DNA of 16,016 bases. Source: Polyangiales bacterium (GTDB lineage: Bacteria > Myxococcota_A > Polyangia > Polyangiales > Houyiibacteriaceae). Numbering within the stretch: the first letter of the stretch is position 1; the number at the start of each line of letters is the position of its first letter. Shown here one piece after another: positions 8,164 to 15,614 of the stretch. The stretch lies in the NCBI GenBank assembly GCA_045106895.1, contig JBGCFM010000121.1, forward strand, positions 1 to 16,016. Direction: 5' to 3'. The position numbers and the translations under genes were made by a program. The notes under the pieces were generated by a model. The model saw only the letters and a list, made by a program, of their open reading frames with translations, did not search any database and was not told the origin of the DNA.

Positions 8164-9204
8164 CTAGCGTCCCATCACTTCAACGGACCCACATTGGACC
8201 GTGCGCCCGTCGCGAAGGTGAAGGAGGATCCCGCCGCCGCTACCGGTGACACCAGCGTTGATTTCCGTGTCCGAGCCGCGGCTGACGGTGCCGATGTTGC
8301 CACCGATCATCACGCGGGTGACGTGACTGAGTCCCCGGCCTCGAAGCACTACTCGCCCGTTGCGTGGGATGCGAGACACGACAGGCGAGCAGGTCACCTG
8401 TGCCTGGCGGACGCCGGTCGTTGGGCTCACCGAGGTAGTGGTGTTGGTGACGCCTGTGCCGGTGATGCGTGGGGCGACGTTTGTCGTCGTCGTGTCGGCG
8501 CCGGTTCCTCGCGCGCGAGGAGCGACGTTGGTGGTACCGCCGGGGCTGACGCCTACAGCGCGAGGAGCGACGGTTGTGGTACCGCCGGGGCGGGTCCCGC
8601 GAGCATTCGGCGCAGTGGGCGTGGGGCTGACCGGGCGAGCGGATGGCTGCCGCGGTGCAGGACGTACGGTCGGAGCTGTGGGGCGACGCGCTGTCTGCGT
8701 CGGACGTGCTGCGGGGCGACGTGGCGCGGGCGTTCCCACCGCGGGGCGGGTCGGACGCGGAGCACGAGTCGCGGGCTGCCGTGGCGCGGGCTCACGTGGA
8801 GCGACCGTCACGGGCTGACGCGGTGCTGGGCGGGCTGGGCGAGCCGCCGGGCGAACGGGCGCTGGTTGCACCACAGCAGGCTGGCGTGGCGCTGGGCGAG
8901 CCGGGCGAACAGGTGCAGTCTGAACGACGGCGGGCTGAACGACGGCCGGCTGACGTGGCGCGGGGCGCGCGGGCTGAACCGTCACCGTCGCGGGTTGAAC
9001 GACGGCAGGCTGAACGACCGCGGGCTGAACGGTGGCGCGCGGAGCAGGTTGGCGAGCCGGGGCTGCTTGAACCCGAACGGAGCCTTGCACAGGCGCGCGC
9101 TGGACCGTCGCCGTGGGGGTGGTGCGTGCGGGGCGCGTGTAGACAGTGCAGCCCGTGAGGATAAGCGTGCTCAGCAGCGCGAGTGGTAGTTTGGGGAGGA
9201 ACAT
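8164..9204 (-). CDS. Pro/Arg/Thr-rich repetitive lipoprotein with C-terminal IPT/TIG-like domain
   Basis: AAAGGA RBS before ATG 9204. Signal II with lipobox LTG-C. About 250 aa of low-complexity repeats, then SPVVSRI..GRVVLRGRGLSHVTRVMIGG...SDTEI, typical of IPT/TIG. The upstream ORF extension to 9516 overlaps the next gene and is rejected. Confidence 0.8.
   Translation of the reverse strand: MFLPKLPLALLSTLILTGCTVYTRPARTTPTATVQRAPVQGSVRVQAAPARQPAPRATVQPAVVQPAVVQPATVTVQPARPAPRQPAVVQPAVVQTAPVRPARPAPRQPAVVQPAPVRPAARPARPAPRQPVTVAPREPAPRQPATRAPRPTRPAVGTPAPRRPAARPTQTARRPTAPTVRPAPRQPSARPVSPTPTAPNARGTRPGGTTTVAPRAVGVSPGGTTNVAPRARGTGADTTTTNVAPRITGTGVTNTTTSVSPTTGVRQAQVTCSPVVSRIPRNGRVVLRGRGLSHVTRVMIGGNIGTVSRGSDTEINAGVTGSGGGILLHLRDGRTVQCGSVEVMGR
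8420..9060 (-). repeat. Intragenic coding repeats (QPAVV x5, PAPRQP x5, TT-x-VAPR x3)
   Basis: Repeated 15-nt units related to ggctgaacgacggcg at about 8918-9030, with the peptide repeats visible in the translation. Confidence 0.8.
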
Positions 9205-9259
9205 GAACTTGTCCTTTCGGGCACGTTGGCCCTGGGAATGATACGCACAAAGTCGCGAT

Positions 9260-10027
9260 TTATTCAGTGCCTCGTTTAACTCTCGCACGGGCGTTTTTGA
9301 CCAAATCTTGAATAATATCATGCGCTTGAGATGACGTGTCGCGTGCGTTGCGCTGGGGTCGAAAGGGGCGGCCCACGGAAAGGTGCATGGGCGTCGTCGG
9401 GCGCGCGGCGATCCTGCGCACGTGCGTGACGAAACCTGGCTCCACGAACTCGGTGCCGTGCGGGTAGGCAAGCCCGACGGGGAGGACGTCGACATCAAGG
9501 CCTCGCAGTGCGGCAAAGGCGCCGCCTTTGAAAGGGCGGACTTCGTCGCCAGCGTAGGTCGAGCCTTCCGGGAAGACGATCACCGTTCCGCCTTCTTTGA
9601 GTCGCCGCCGAATCGCTCGGATCGCGCGTGCGCCGCTGCGCTGGTCCGCGCGGTCCACAAAGATCGTTTCTGCATAACGTGCGAGACGACCTGCCACCGG
9701 CCAGTCGGCGACGTCGCTGCGACTCAGAAAGGCGCCGCCGAGTTCGCTCATGAGCACGCCAATGTCGAGCGCGGTGCGATGGTTGGCGACGATGAGACGC
9801 CCGTGCGCGGAGCGTGGCGCGACCTCTCCAGAGCGGCTGACGTCAACGCCGAGGACCTTTACGACGTGGCTACAAATACGAGTCTTCGCGCGGGCGGTGG
9901 TTCCGGCGGAGAGGGTGCCGCCGTTTAGGGCGCGCTGCACCTCCAAGCGCAGGAGGGAGCGCTGGGCGTAGAGCGCGAACCGGGCGAGGCGCGCATTCGC
10001 TCGTAGTTCTCCGATATCTAGGCTCAC
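9260..10027 (-). CDS. Lysophospholipid acyltransferase (PlsC/LPLAT family)
   Basis: Catalytic HX4D motif NHRTALD, plus FLSRSDVADWP, TIFVDR, VFPEGST and PFKGGAF. Start placed at GTG 10027 because the longer ORF overlaps the divergent YqgE gene. Confidence 0.92.
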   Translation of the reverse strand: MSLDIGELRANARLARFALYAQRSLLRLEVQRALNGGTLSAGTTARAKTRICSHVVKVLGVDVSRSGEVAPRSAHGRLIVANHRTALDIGVLMSELGGAFLSRSDVADWPVAGRLARYAETIFVDRADQRSGARAIRAIRRRLKEGGTVIVFPEGSTYAGDEVRPFKGGAFAALRGLDVDVLPVGLAYPHGTEFVEPGFVTHVRRIAARPTTPMHLSVGRPFRPQRNARDTSSQAHDIIQDLVKNARARVKRGTE

Positions 10028-10167
10028 GGCATGCGCATACCAGCGTCTGCCGCTGAGGGAAACTGCTTTGCTTGCCTGAAGCTCCGTGTTCTGTCGCCAA
10101 TCCTCATCAAAGGGCCGCCGGCTCCTTTGCTCTCGCCAGCTGGTGCGAATGTTGGCATAGTTTTGCG

Positions 10168-10731
10168 GTGAGCCAGTCTGGACCCACGTTCTTGATCGCG
10201 TCGCCAACCCTCGACTGTCCGGTGTTTGGCCACTCCGTCGTTTTGCTCGTCGACCATGACGAGGAGGGCTCATTTGGGTTCGTGATCAGCAAGCCTTCTG
10301 CGCTTAGCCTTCCGGAGATCCTGAAGCAGCTGAAGCTCGAGCCGGGCAGCCGTTGCGAGGGCATCGATGTTGTTCGAGGGGGTCCCGTGTCCGAAGAAAC
10401 GGGCTGGGTGATCTTCGACCCACGTGGGCTTGAAGGGCTCCCCGGCGATACGATGCACCTTCGTGAGGACTTGGCGGTCACAGCGTCTTTCGAGATGCTG
10501 GAGAAGATTGCGCGTGACGAGGGGCCGGAGAGCGGACTGCTCTCGTTAGGCTACGCGGGGTGGGGACCGAGCCAGCTTGAAGACGAGCTTCGCGAGGGCA
10601 GCTGGCTTCCCGTCGACGTGGACCTTGCGACACTCTTCGAAGTCCCATTTGCCAAACGCTGGGACCACGCGCTGGCGCTCCTCGGCATCGAACCTTGGCG
10701 GGTCGTTCCGCGCGGAAGCGCCCAGGCGTAG
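10168..10731 (+). CDS. YqgE/AlgH family protein (DUF179)
   Basis: Motifs FLIASPTLDCPVFGHSVVLLVDHDEEGSFGFVISKP, RGGPV and LGYAGWGPSQLEDELREGSW. GTG 10168 gives 187 aa, a typical length for the family. Confidence 0.95.
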   Translation: MSQSGPTFLIASPTLDCPVFGHSVVLLVDHDEEGSFGFVISKPSALSLPEILKQLKLEPGSRCEGIDVVRGGPVSEETGWVIFDPRGLEGLPGDTMHLREDLAVTASFEMLEKIARDEGPESGLLSLGYAGWGPSQLEDELREGSWLPVDVDLATLFEVPFAKRWDHALALLGIEPWRVVPRGSAQA

Positions 10732-10759
10732 TGTTCTGCGCTCAGGCGCAGGACTGAGT

Positions 10760-12079
10760 TCAGGGGTCGCTGATGTCCGCCGTGTCGGCGGGGCCTTGAG
10801 GGCCACTACTGAAGGCGAAGTACGCCACGACGATGGCCGCGAACCAGGCGAAGATGCCGACGGCGAGGGCTGCTCCGAGCCTTCGGCGGCGTCCTGCGGG
10901 CGCTTCGCTTAGAGCCTGACCCTTCGAAGGTTTGATCGAGGCCGGACGAACTTCTTCCGTCTCCAGCTCACGCTGAGAACGAGGCGCCGTCGTGGCGCCG
11001 AGGACACGCGTCGAGGAGACCTCCGCCTCGGGGACGATGCGCTTCGACTTGGAGCCGAGCTTGCGCATGACGGAGGGCTCGCCGCCATCGTGCATCTCGT
11101 GGATCTTGCGCGTGATTCGTTCGAGCGTTGGGCCGCCATGCATCTTGACGAAAGAAGCGAGGGCGCGTCCGTTCGTGCCCGGGACGGCTTCACGGATGGC
11201 GCGTTCAAAGCGCGCGGCGGAAGGGCAGCGTTTGTCGATGTCGCGCTGAAGCGCCCACATCACCGCGTTGGCGAGGGCCTCCGGGACGTCGGGGCGCAGC
11301 GCACGCGGGCTGGGGATCTGAAGTTCGAGCACGCGGTCGAGAGTCTCCGCGGCTTCGCCCGTGTTGAAGAGCGATTTTCCGGTGAGCGCTTCCCACGCGA
11401 CGATGCCGAGGGAAAACACATCGCTTCGCACATCGAGCTTCTGGCCGCGCCCTTGTTCCGGCGAGACGTATGCGACTTTCCCTTTGAGCTGCCCGACTTG
11501 GGTCTCCGTGCTTCGGGAAACGGCACGGGCGATGCCGAAGTCCGTCACGCGCACGCGACCGTCAACGCCGCAGAGGAGGTTCTGTGGTGAGATATCTCGG
11601 TGGTCGCCGTGGCAGGCAAACCCCGTTGGCGTCGTCGCGTCGTGCGCGTCTCCCATTCCGCGCGCTGCTTGGGCAACGATGTCCACGACGATGGGGATTG
11701 GCAGGAGCTGAGGGGGGCGCGCCGGCGCACGACCCACTTCGCCCGAGCCCTCGATGACGCTCACGCAAAGATCGAAGAGGGTGACCCCGACGACCAGCTC
11801 CATCACGATGTAGAGCGCGCCGTCGTCTTCTGCCCGCCCAAGTTCGAGAGTCTGCACGACATGCGGGCTGCTGATTTGTGCAGCGATGCGGGCTTCGTCC
11901 AAGAACATGGAGACGAAGTGCTCGTCGGTGAGGTCGGGCAGCAGCCGCTTGACGGCGACGAGCTTCTCGAAGCCCGCCGGCCCACGGAGGCGGGCCGCGA
12001 AGACCTCTGCCATGCCGCCGCTCGCGATGTGGAAGAGCGCCTCGTAGCGGCCAAAAGTGAGTGGTGTCGCAACGGCCAC
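10760..12079 (-). CDS. Hanks-type Ser/Thr protein kinase with C-terminal transmembrane helix
   Basis: Motifs GRY..IASGGMAEVF, VAVKRL, FLDEARIAA, HRDISPQN, DFGIARA, GKVAYVSPEQ and DVFSLG. The TM segment LGAALAVGIFAWFAAIVVAYFAF is followed by only about 16 aa. Start placed at GTG 12079. Confidence 0.95.
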   Translation of the reverse strand: MAVATPLTFGRYEALFHIASGGMAEVFAARLRGPAGFEKLVAVKRLLPDLTDEHFVSMFLDEARIAAQISSPHVVQTLELGRAEDDGALYIVMELVVGVTLFDLCVSVIEGSGEVGRAPARPPQLLPIPIVVDIVAQAARGMGDAHDATTPTGFACHGDHRDISPQNLLCGVDGRVRVTDFGIARAVSRSTETQVGQLKGKVAYVSPEQGRGQKLDVRSDVFSLGIVAWEALTGKSLFNTGEAAETLDRVLELQIPSPRALRPDVPEALANAVMWALQRDIDKRCPSAARFERAIREAVPGTNGRALASFVKMHGGPTLERITRKIHEMHDGGEPSVMRKLGSKSKRIVPEAEVSSTRVLGATTAPRSQRELETEEVRPASIKPSKGQALSEAPAGRRRRLGAALAVGIFAWFAAIVVAYFAFSSGPQGPADTADISDP

Positions 12080-12158
12080 GGAGCGAGCATACCTGACTCT
12101 GACCTCGGCGGGCGTACATCGTGTGCTGGACCTCCGACTTGCGTGCAAAGAAGCGAGG

Positions 12159-12187
12159 TTGGAGCCTGGGCCAAGCCCGGCTATAGT
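12159..12187 (+). promoter_or_regulatory. Putative sigma70 promoter of the TPR-PEGA operon (near-leaderless)
   Basis: TTGGAG (12159-12164), 17-nt spacer, TATAGT (12182-12187), ending 9 nt before ATG 12197. Confidence 0.55.
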
Positions 12188-12196
12188 CGTGCCCAG

Positions 12197-12925
12197 ATGC
12201 GCTTACTTATCATGGTGTGGGTTCTTTCGATGGCGCCGACCCTTTGGGCGCAGGACGTCGTTGTTGTAGGGCCGGAGTCGTCCCCGTCGATGGACGATAT
12301 CGCGTCGGCTCGCGAGCAGTTTACGGCGGGCTCAGGTGCCGCCGAAGAAGGTCGCTGGTCGGATGCCTTGGCGGCGTTTCGTACGTCTTATGAGCTAAGT
12401 GGCATCGCCGCGGCGCTCTATAATACAGCCACGACGTACCGTAGCTTGGGGCGCTATCGACTGGCTCGCGACACCTTCGTACAGCTGCTCCGGGACCATC
12501 CCGAGCTCGGTGATGCCATGCGGGAGTCCGCGGATGAGCTCCGCGTCGAGGTGGCCGGACGCGTGGCATCGTTGGAACTGCTGAATTTGCCCGATGACGC
12601 CTCGTTGTCCCTTCGCCTGGACGGTCGGCAGCGTGAGGATACGTCGGAGCGGCCTTTGGTCCTCGACGTGGACGAAGGCCGTCACACGCTCGCGGTGAGC
12701 CGTGAAGGGTACGAGCCCTTCGCCTGGGACGGCGATGTCGCGGGTGGAGCGACGGAGAGCATCGACGTGACGCTCGTGGAGAGAGAATCGTCGAGCAACG
12801 CAGGACGTGTGATTCTCATCGTTTCCCTCGTCGCCGTCGTTGTGGCTGGCGGAGTTGTGGCGGGGCTTCTTCTGCGGGACACAGGGCTAGAACCTGAGTC
12901 CGAGACCGTGGTGAACTTGTTATGA
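12197..12925 (+). CDS. Secreted TPR + PEGA domain protein with C-terminal hydrophobic Gly-rich segment
   Basis: Signal peptide MRLLIMVWVLSMAPTLWA-Q, TPR (GRWSDALAAFRTSYEL, ALYNTATTYRSLGRY), PEGA (LRLDG..LDVDEGRHTLAVSREGYEPF) and the hydrophobic stretch VILIVSLVAVVVAGGVVAGLLL. The ORF extension back to 11600 is antisense to the kinase. Confidence 0.85.
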   Translation: MRLLIMVWVLSMAPTLWAQDVVVVGPESSPSMDDIASAREQFTAGSGAAEEGRWSDALAAFRTSYELSGIAAALYNTATTYRSLGRYRLARDTFVQLLRDHPELGDAMRESADELRVEVAGRVASLELLNLPDDASLSLRLDGRQREDTSERPLVLDVDEGRHTLAVSREGYEPFAWDGDVAGGATESIDVTLVERESSSNAGRVILIVSLVAVVVAGGVVAGLLLRDTGLEPESETVVNLL

Positions 12926-13458
12926 AACGAACCGTACTTCTGTGGTTGACCACCGTCCTCGCAGTGGGCTGTGTCGACAACTCGATCCTTGAGCTTGAAA
13001 TCGACCTGCCGCCCCAGCCGGCTGAGGTTTCTGAGCAGGTGTATGCCTTCGTGCAGATCCGCTCGTCGCGAATGTCGTCGTTTGCCACGGACTGGCTTTC
13101 GGCGGGCGAGGACCCAGACGGGTTTGCACTCGGGCCTGAACGCGCGACGCAGACCATCAGCGTCGTTGCCGAGCCACGCGACTATGATGAGGACCTGCTC
13201 CTGCGCGTCGTCTACTGCGTCTCACCACGCTGCAGCAGTTTGGGCGATGACACCGCAGGAGAGCGGCGTCTCGTTATCGAGCATCCCTTCTACGATGGTC
13301 AACGAACGCGCGTTCGGTGGTCGGTGGGTGACTACACCCCCGTCGTGATACCTGAAGAAGAGACCGTCGGAGTGTGTCAGGTTGAAGGCTGTCGGGCCGG
13401 CGATGGGCTTGCCGACTACTGTTACGTGAGGACACAAGACCATTTCTGCAGTCGATAG
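12922..13458 (+). CDS. Cys-rich lipoprotein of unknown function
   Basis: ATGA overlap with the upstream stop, signal II with lipobox AVG-C, and six further cysteines. Confidence 0.8.
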   Translation: MKRTVLLWLTTVLAVGCVDNSILELEIDLPPQPAEVSEQVYAFVQIRSSRMSSFATDWLSAGEDPDGFALGPERATQTISVVAEPRDYDEDLLLRVVYCVSPRCSSLGDDTAGERRLVIEHPFYDGQRTRVRWSVGDYTPVVIPEEETVGVCQVEGCRAGDGLADYCYVRTQDHFCSR

Positions 13459-13489
13459 CGCGGCGCGGCCGCCTTGTGATTCGATCGTC

Positions 13490-13930
13490 GTGAAGACGGA
13501 GATCGTTCTTCCCCAACACACGAACGCCATCGGCACGGCGTTCGGCGGGACCGTGATGTCGTGGATCGATGTCTGCGCAGCGGTCAGCGCCCAACGCCAC
13601 TGCGGGCGCGTCGCGGTCACCGCGTCGGTGGACGCGCTCGACTTCGTCGCGCCGATCCGGCTTGGCGATGTGGTGACGTTAACGTCTCGGATTCATTGCG
13701 TATTCCGCAGCTCGATGGAGGTCGGAGTCAAAGTGGAGCGGGAAGTGCCTGGCGACCGAACACGGGTGCTCTGCGCGGATGCGCTACTGACCTTCGTCAA
13801 CATCGGCGAAGATGGAAAGCCGGCGCCGATGCCTGAGCTTCTTCTTGAGAGCGACGAGGACAAGGCCCGAGCGAGCGCTGCACGGGCGCGGCGCGCTCAC
13901 CGACTCGCCCACAAACGCGGCGAAATCTAG
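13490..13930 (+). CDS. Acyl-CoA thioesterase (hotdog fold, YciA-like)
   Basis: Motifs VLPQHTNAIGTAFGGTVMSWIDVCA, VTASVDALDFVAPIRLGD, FRSSMEVGVKV and ALLTFVNIGEDGKP. Confidence 0.95.
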   Translation: MKTEIVLPQHTNAIGTAFGGTVMSWIDVCAAVSAQRHCGRVAVTASVDALDFVAPIRLGDVVTLTSRIHCVFRSSMEVGVKVEREVPGDRTRVLCADALLTFVNIGEDGKPAPMPELLLESDEDKARASAARARRAHRLAHKRGEI

Positions 13931-13958
13931 CGGCGCACTGCGAGCTTGTTGACGAAAC

Positions 13959-15263
13959 TCAGGGCGCGGTGGCTCGCCCCATGTTGTCGCGGGCAGGTGC
14001 CGTGAGGCCCGCGATCTTCGCGCGGATAGCAGCTTGGTCGACGTCTCCGGTGCCGCTCAGAGCTCGCTCGTAGTAAGTTCGTGCCGTCGCGCGTTCGCTC
14101 CGGCTTGCGAGGGCATCGCCGTAGAGTTCGAGGGCAGGGCCAAGGTTCGGGTGACGCTGCAGGAGCCGGTCGAGGAAACCCGTCGCCAAGTTCGCGCGTC
14201 GCTGTGAGAGGGCGAGTCGCGCGGCGAGAAGTAGACCGTTGGGGTTACCGGGGTTGAGGTCCGCGGCATGCCGGTAGTTGCGGAAGGCCTCACGTGACTG
14301 TCCTCGAGACTCCGCCAGGCGCCCAAGGGAGAGCACGACCTCAGCGTTCGAAGGGACGAGGGCGAGGGCTGACTGGAGCGCGGCTTCGGCACCATCTTGG
14401 TCGCCCTTGGCGAGGAGCACGTCCCCGAGGCCAACGAAGGCGGCGGCGAGGGCTTCGCCTTCGAGGGCGGCACGGAACGCGACCTCGGCGACGTCGAGGT
14501 CTTCGGCATCAAGAGCGAGTTGTCCGCGAAGGACCTGCGCTGCGGGGTCGCCGGGGCGTCGAGTGATGGCGGCGTCCACGAGACGCCTTCCTTCGTCGCC
14601 GCGGACGATGCCGGCGAGGGCAAGGTTCGTGGCGGGGTCCGATGAGTCGATGTTGTGGGCGGCGCGTAACGCGCGGGTAGCCTCGTCGTTGCGCTGTGCG
14701 GCGAGATAGAGAAGACCAAGACCGGTGTGGGGTTCTGCGCGCGTCGCGCTTTGGGCGATGGCTGCGCGATAGGCGCTCTCGGATTCACTGACTTCTCCCC
14801 GGAGCCGGTGCGCGTCACCGAGGGCGAGTTGGGTTTCGAACTCCGCTCCAGAGGCGGCCTGGGCGGCCTCAAGCTCTTCGAAGGCGCGACCGCTTCGGTT
14901 CCAGATGAGGAACGCGCGGGCACGGCAGACGTGGGTGAGCGCTGCGTTTCGTTCTGCTCGTTCGAGGAGGCGACACGCTGATCGCGCCTGACGGTACTCG
15001 TTCTGGGCGAATGCGACGCGGGCGACGTCGTAAAGAGATTCGACGGAGTCGCTCGAGAGGCGGGCCGCGGCTCGAAGAACACGGTCCGCTTCTCGGTATT
15101 CGCCGGCTTGGAGAAGGGCGAGGCCGTACGCACGCTGCGCTCCGGCGTCTCTCCGCTCGGCCCGGGCGGTGGTTCTCAGCGATTCAAGTTGAGTGTCTTG
15201 TGCCTGTGCCCCGCCGGTGCCGAGCGCTAGCAAGAGGAGGGTGGCGGAGAGAGTTCGTGTCAT
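13959..15263 (-). CDS. Secreted tetratricopeptide-repeat protein
   Basis: Signal peptide MTRTLSATLLLLALGTGGAQA-Q, followed by many TPRs (LALGDAHRLRGE..AYRAAI, AFVGLGDVLLAKGD..AL, LELYGDAL..YYERAL). No catalytic domain was recognised. Confidence 0.9.
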   Translation of the reverse strand: MTRTLSATLLLLALGTGGAQAQDTQLESLRTTARAERRDAGAQRAYGLALLQAGEYREADRVLRAAARLSSDSVESLYDVARVAFAQNEYRQARSACRLLERAERNAALTHVCRARAFLIWNRSGRAFEELEAAQAASGAEFETQLALGDAHRLRGEVSESESAYRAAIAQSATRAEPHTGLGLLYLAAQRNDEATRALRAAHNIDSSDPATNLALAGIVRGDEGRRLVDAAITRRPGDPAAQVLRGQLALDAEDLDVAEVAFRAALEGEALAAAFVGLGDVLLAKGDQDGAEAALQSALALVPSNAEVVLSLGRLAESRGQSREAFRNYRHAADLNPGNPNGLLLAARLALSQRRANLATGFLDRLLQRHPNLGPALELYGDALASRSERATARTYYERALSGTGDVDQAAIRAKIAGLTAPARDNMGRATAP

Positions 15264-15425
15264 CGGTAGTCCCAAGAATTACTAGCCCAGGGGCTTGAGG
15301 TCCCCGGGGCATCCCTCCGACGGAGCGTCGAGGAATATCTTCACGCCACATTAGCTGGGTCTCGCCGGAAAGTCGTAAATCGCGCAGCAGCGGCCTGTAT
15401 GGGCTCTGGATGTGCACGTTAATGC

Positions 15426-15450
15426 AAAAAACCCCGCTTTCGCGGGGTTC
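15426..15450 (-). terminator. Rho-independent terminator of tRNA-Phe
   Basis: Minus strand reads AACCCCGC-GAAA-GCGGGGTTTTTT immediately after the tRNA CCA end. Confidence 0.92.
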
Positions 15451-15452
15451 CT

Positions 15453-15528
15453 TGGTGCCCAAACCCGGACTTGAACCAGGGACACGCGGATTTTCAATCC
15501 ACTGCTCTACCAACTGAGCTATTTGGGC
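15453..15528 (-). tRNA. tRNA-Phe (GAA)
   Basis: Minus strand GCCCAAATAGCTCAGTTGGTAGAGCAGTGGATTGAAAATCCGCGTGTCCCTGGTTCAAGTCCGGGTTTGGGCACCA forms a 76-nt cloverleaf with GAA anticodon, TTCAA T-loop and encoded CCA. Confidence 0.98.
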
Positions 15529-15559
15529 TCCGTCTCCCGGCTAGGCCAAGAGACACGCG

Positions 15560-15587
15560 ACACTACTCAGGGAAGCGGCGCTGTCAA
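15560..15587 (-). promoter_or_regulatory. Sigma70 promoter of tRNA-Phe
   Basis: TTGACA (15587-15582), 16-nt spacer, TAGTGT (15565-15560), then a GC-rich discriminator. This is a typical stable-RNA promoter layout. Confidence 0.8.
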
Positions 15588-15614
15588 GCTGGTAGTGACG
15601 AACTAGTGAACTTA

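Noticed and set aside
8860..9040. Short direct repeats as a possible CRISPR array
   Set aside because: They are in-frame degenerate 15-nt coding repeats without unique spacers, and there are no cas genes.
8194..9189. 331-aa plus-strand ORF and other overlapping frames in the repeat region
   Set aside because: These are shadows of the repetitive lipoprotein, which has the RBS, lipobox and correctly oriented terminator.
11600..12196. N-terminal extension of the 441-aa ORF
   Set aside because: It is antisense to the kinase. The signal peptide and promoter indicate a start at 12197.
14057..15133. 358-aa Ser/Pro-rich alternative-frame ORF
   Set aside because: It is an off-frame product of the Ala/Leu-rich TPR gene with no independent support.
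15280..15425. Intergenic region between the tRNA terminator and the TPR gene as a possible ncRNA or riboswitch
   Set aside because: Only short inverted matches (CCCAG/CTGGG) and no recognisable RNA family motif were seen. An Rfam/Infernal scan would be needed.
15453..15528. tRNA-Phe as an integration site for a genomic island
   Set aside because: There is no integrase, no duplicated tRNA 3' end and no compositional shift, and the native terminator follows directly.
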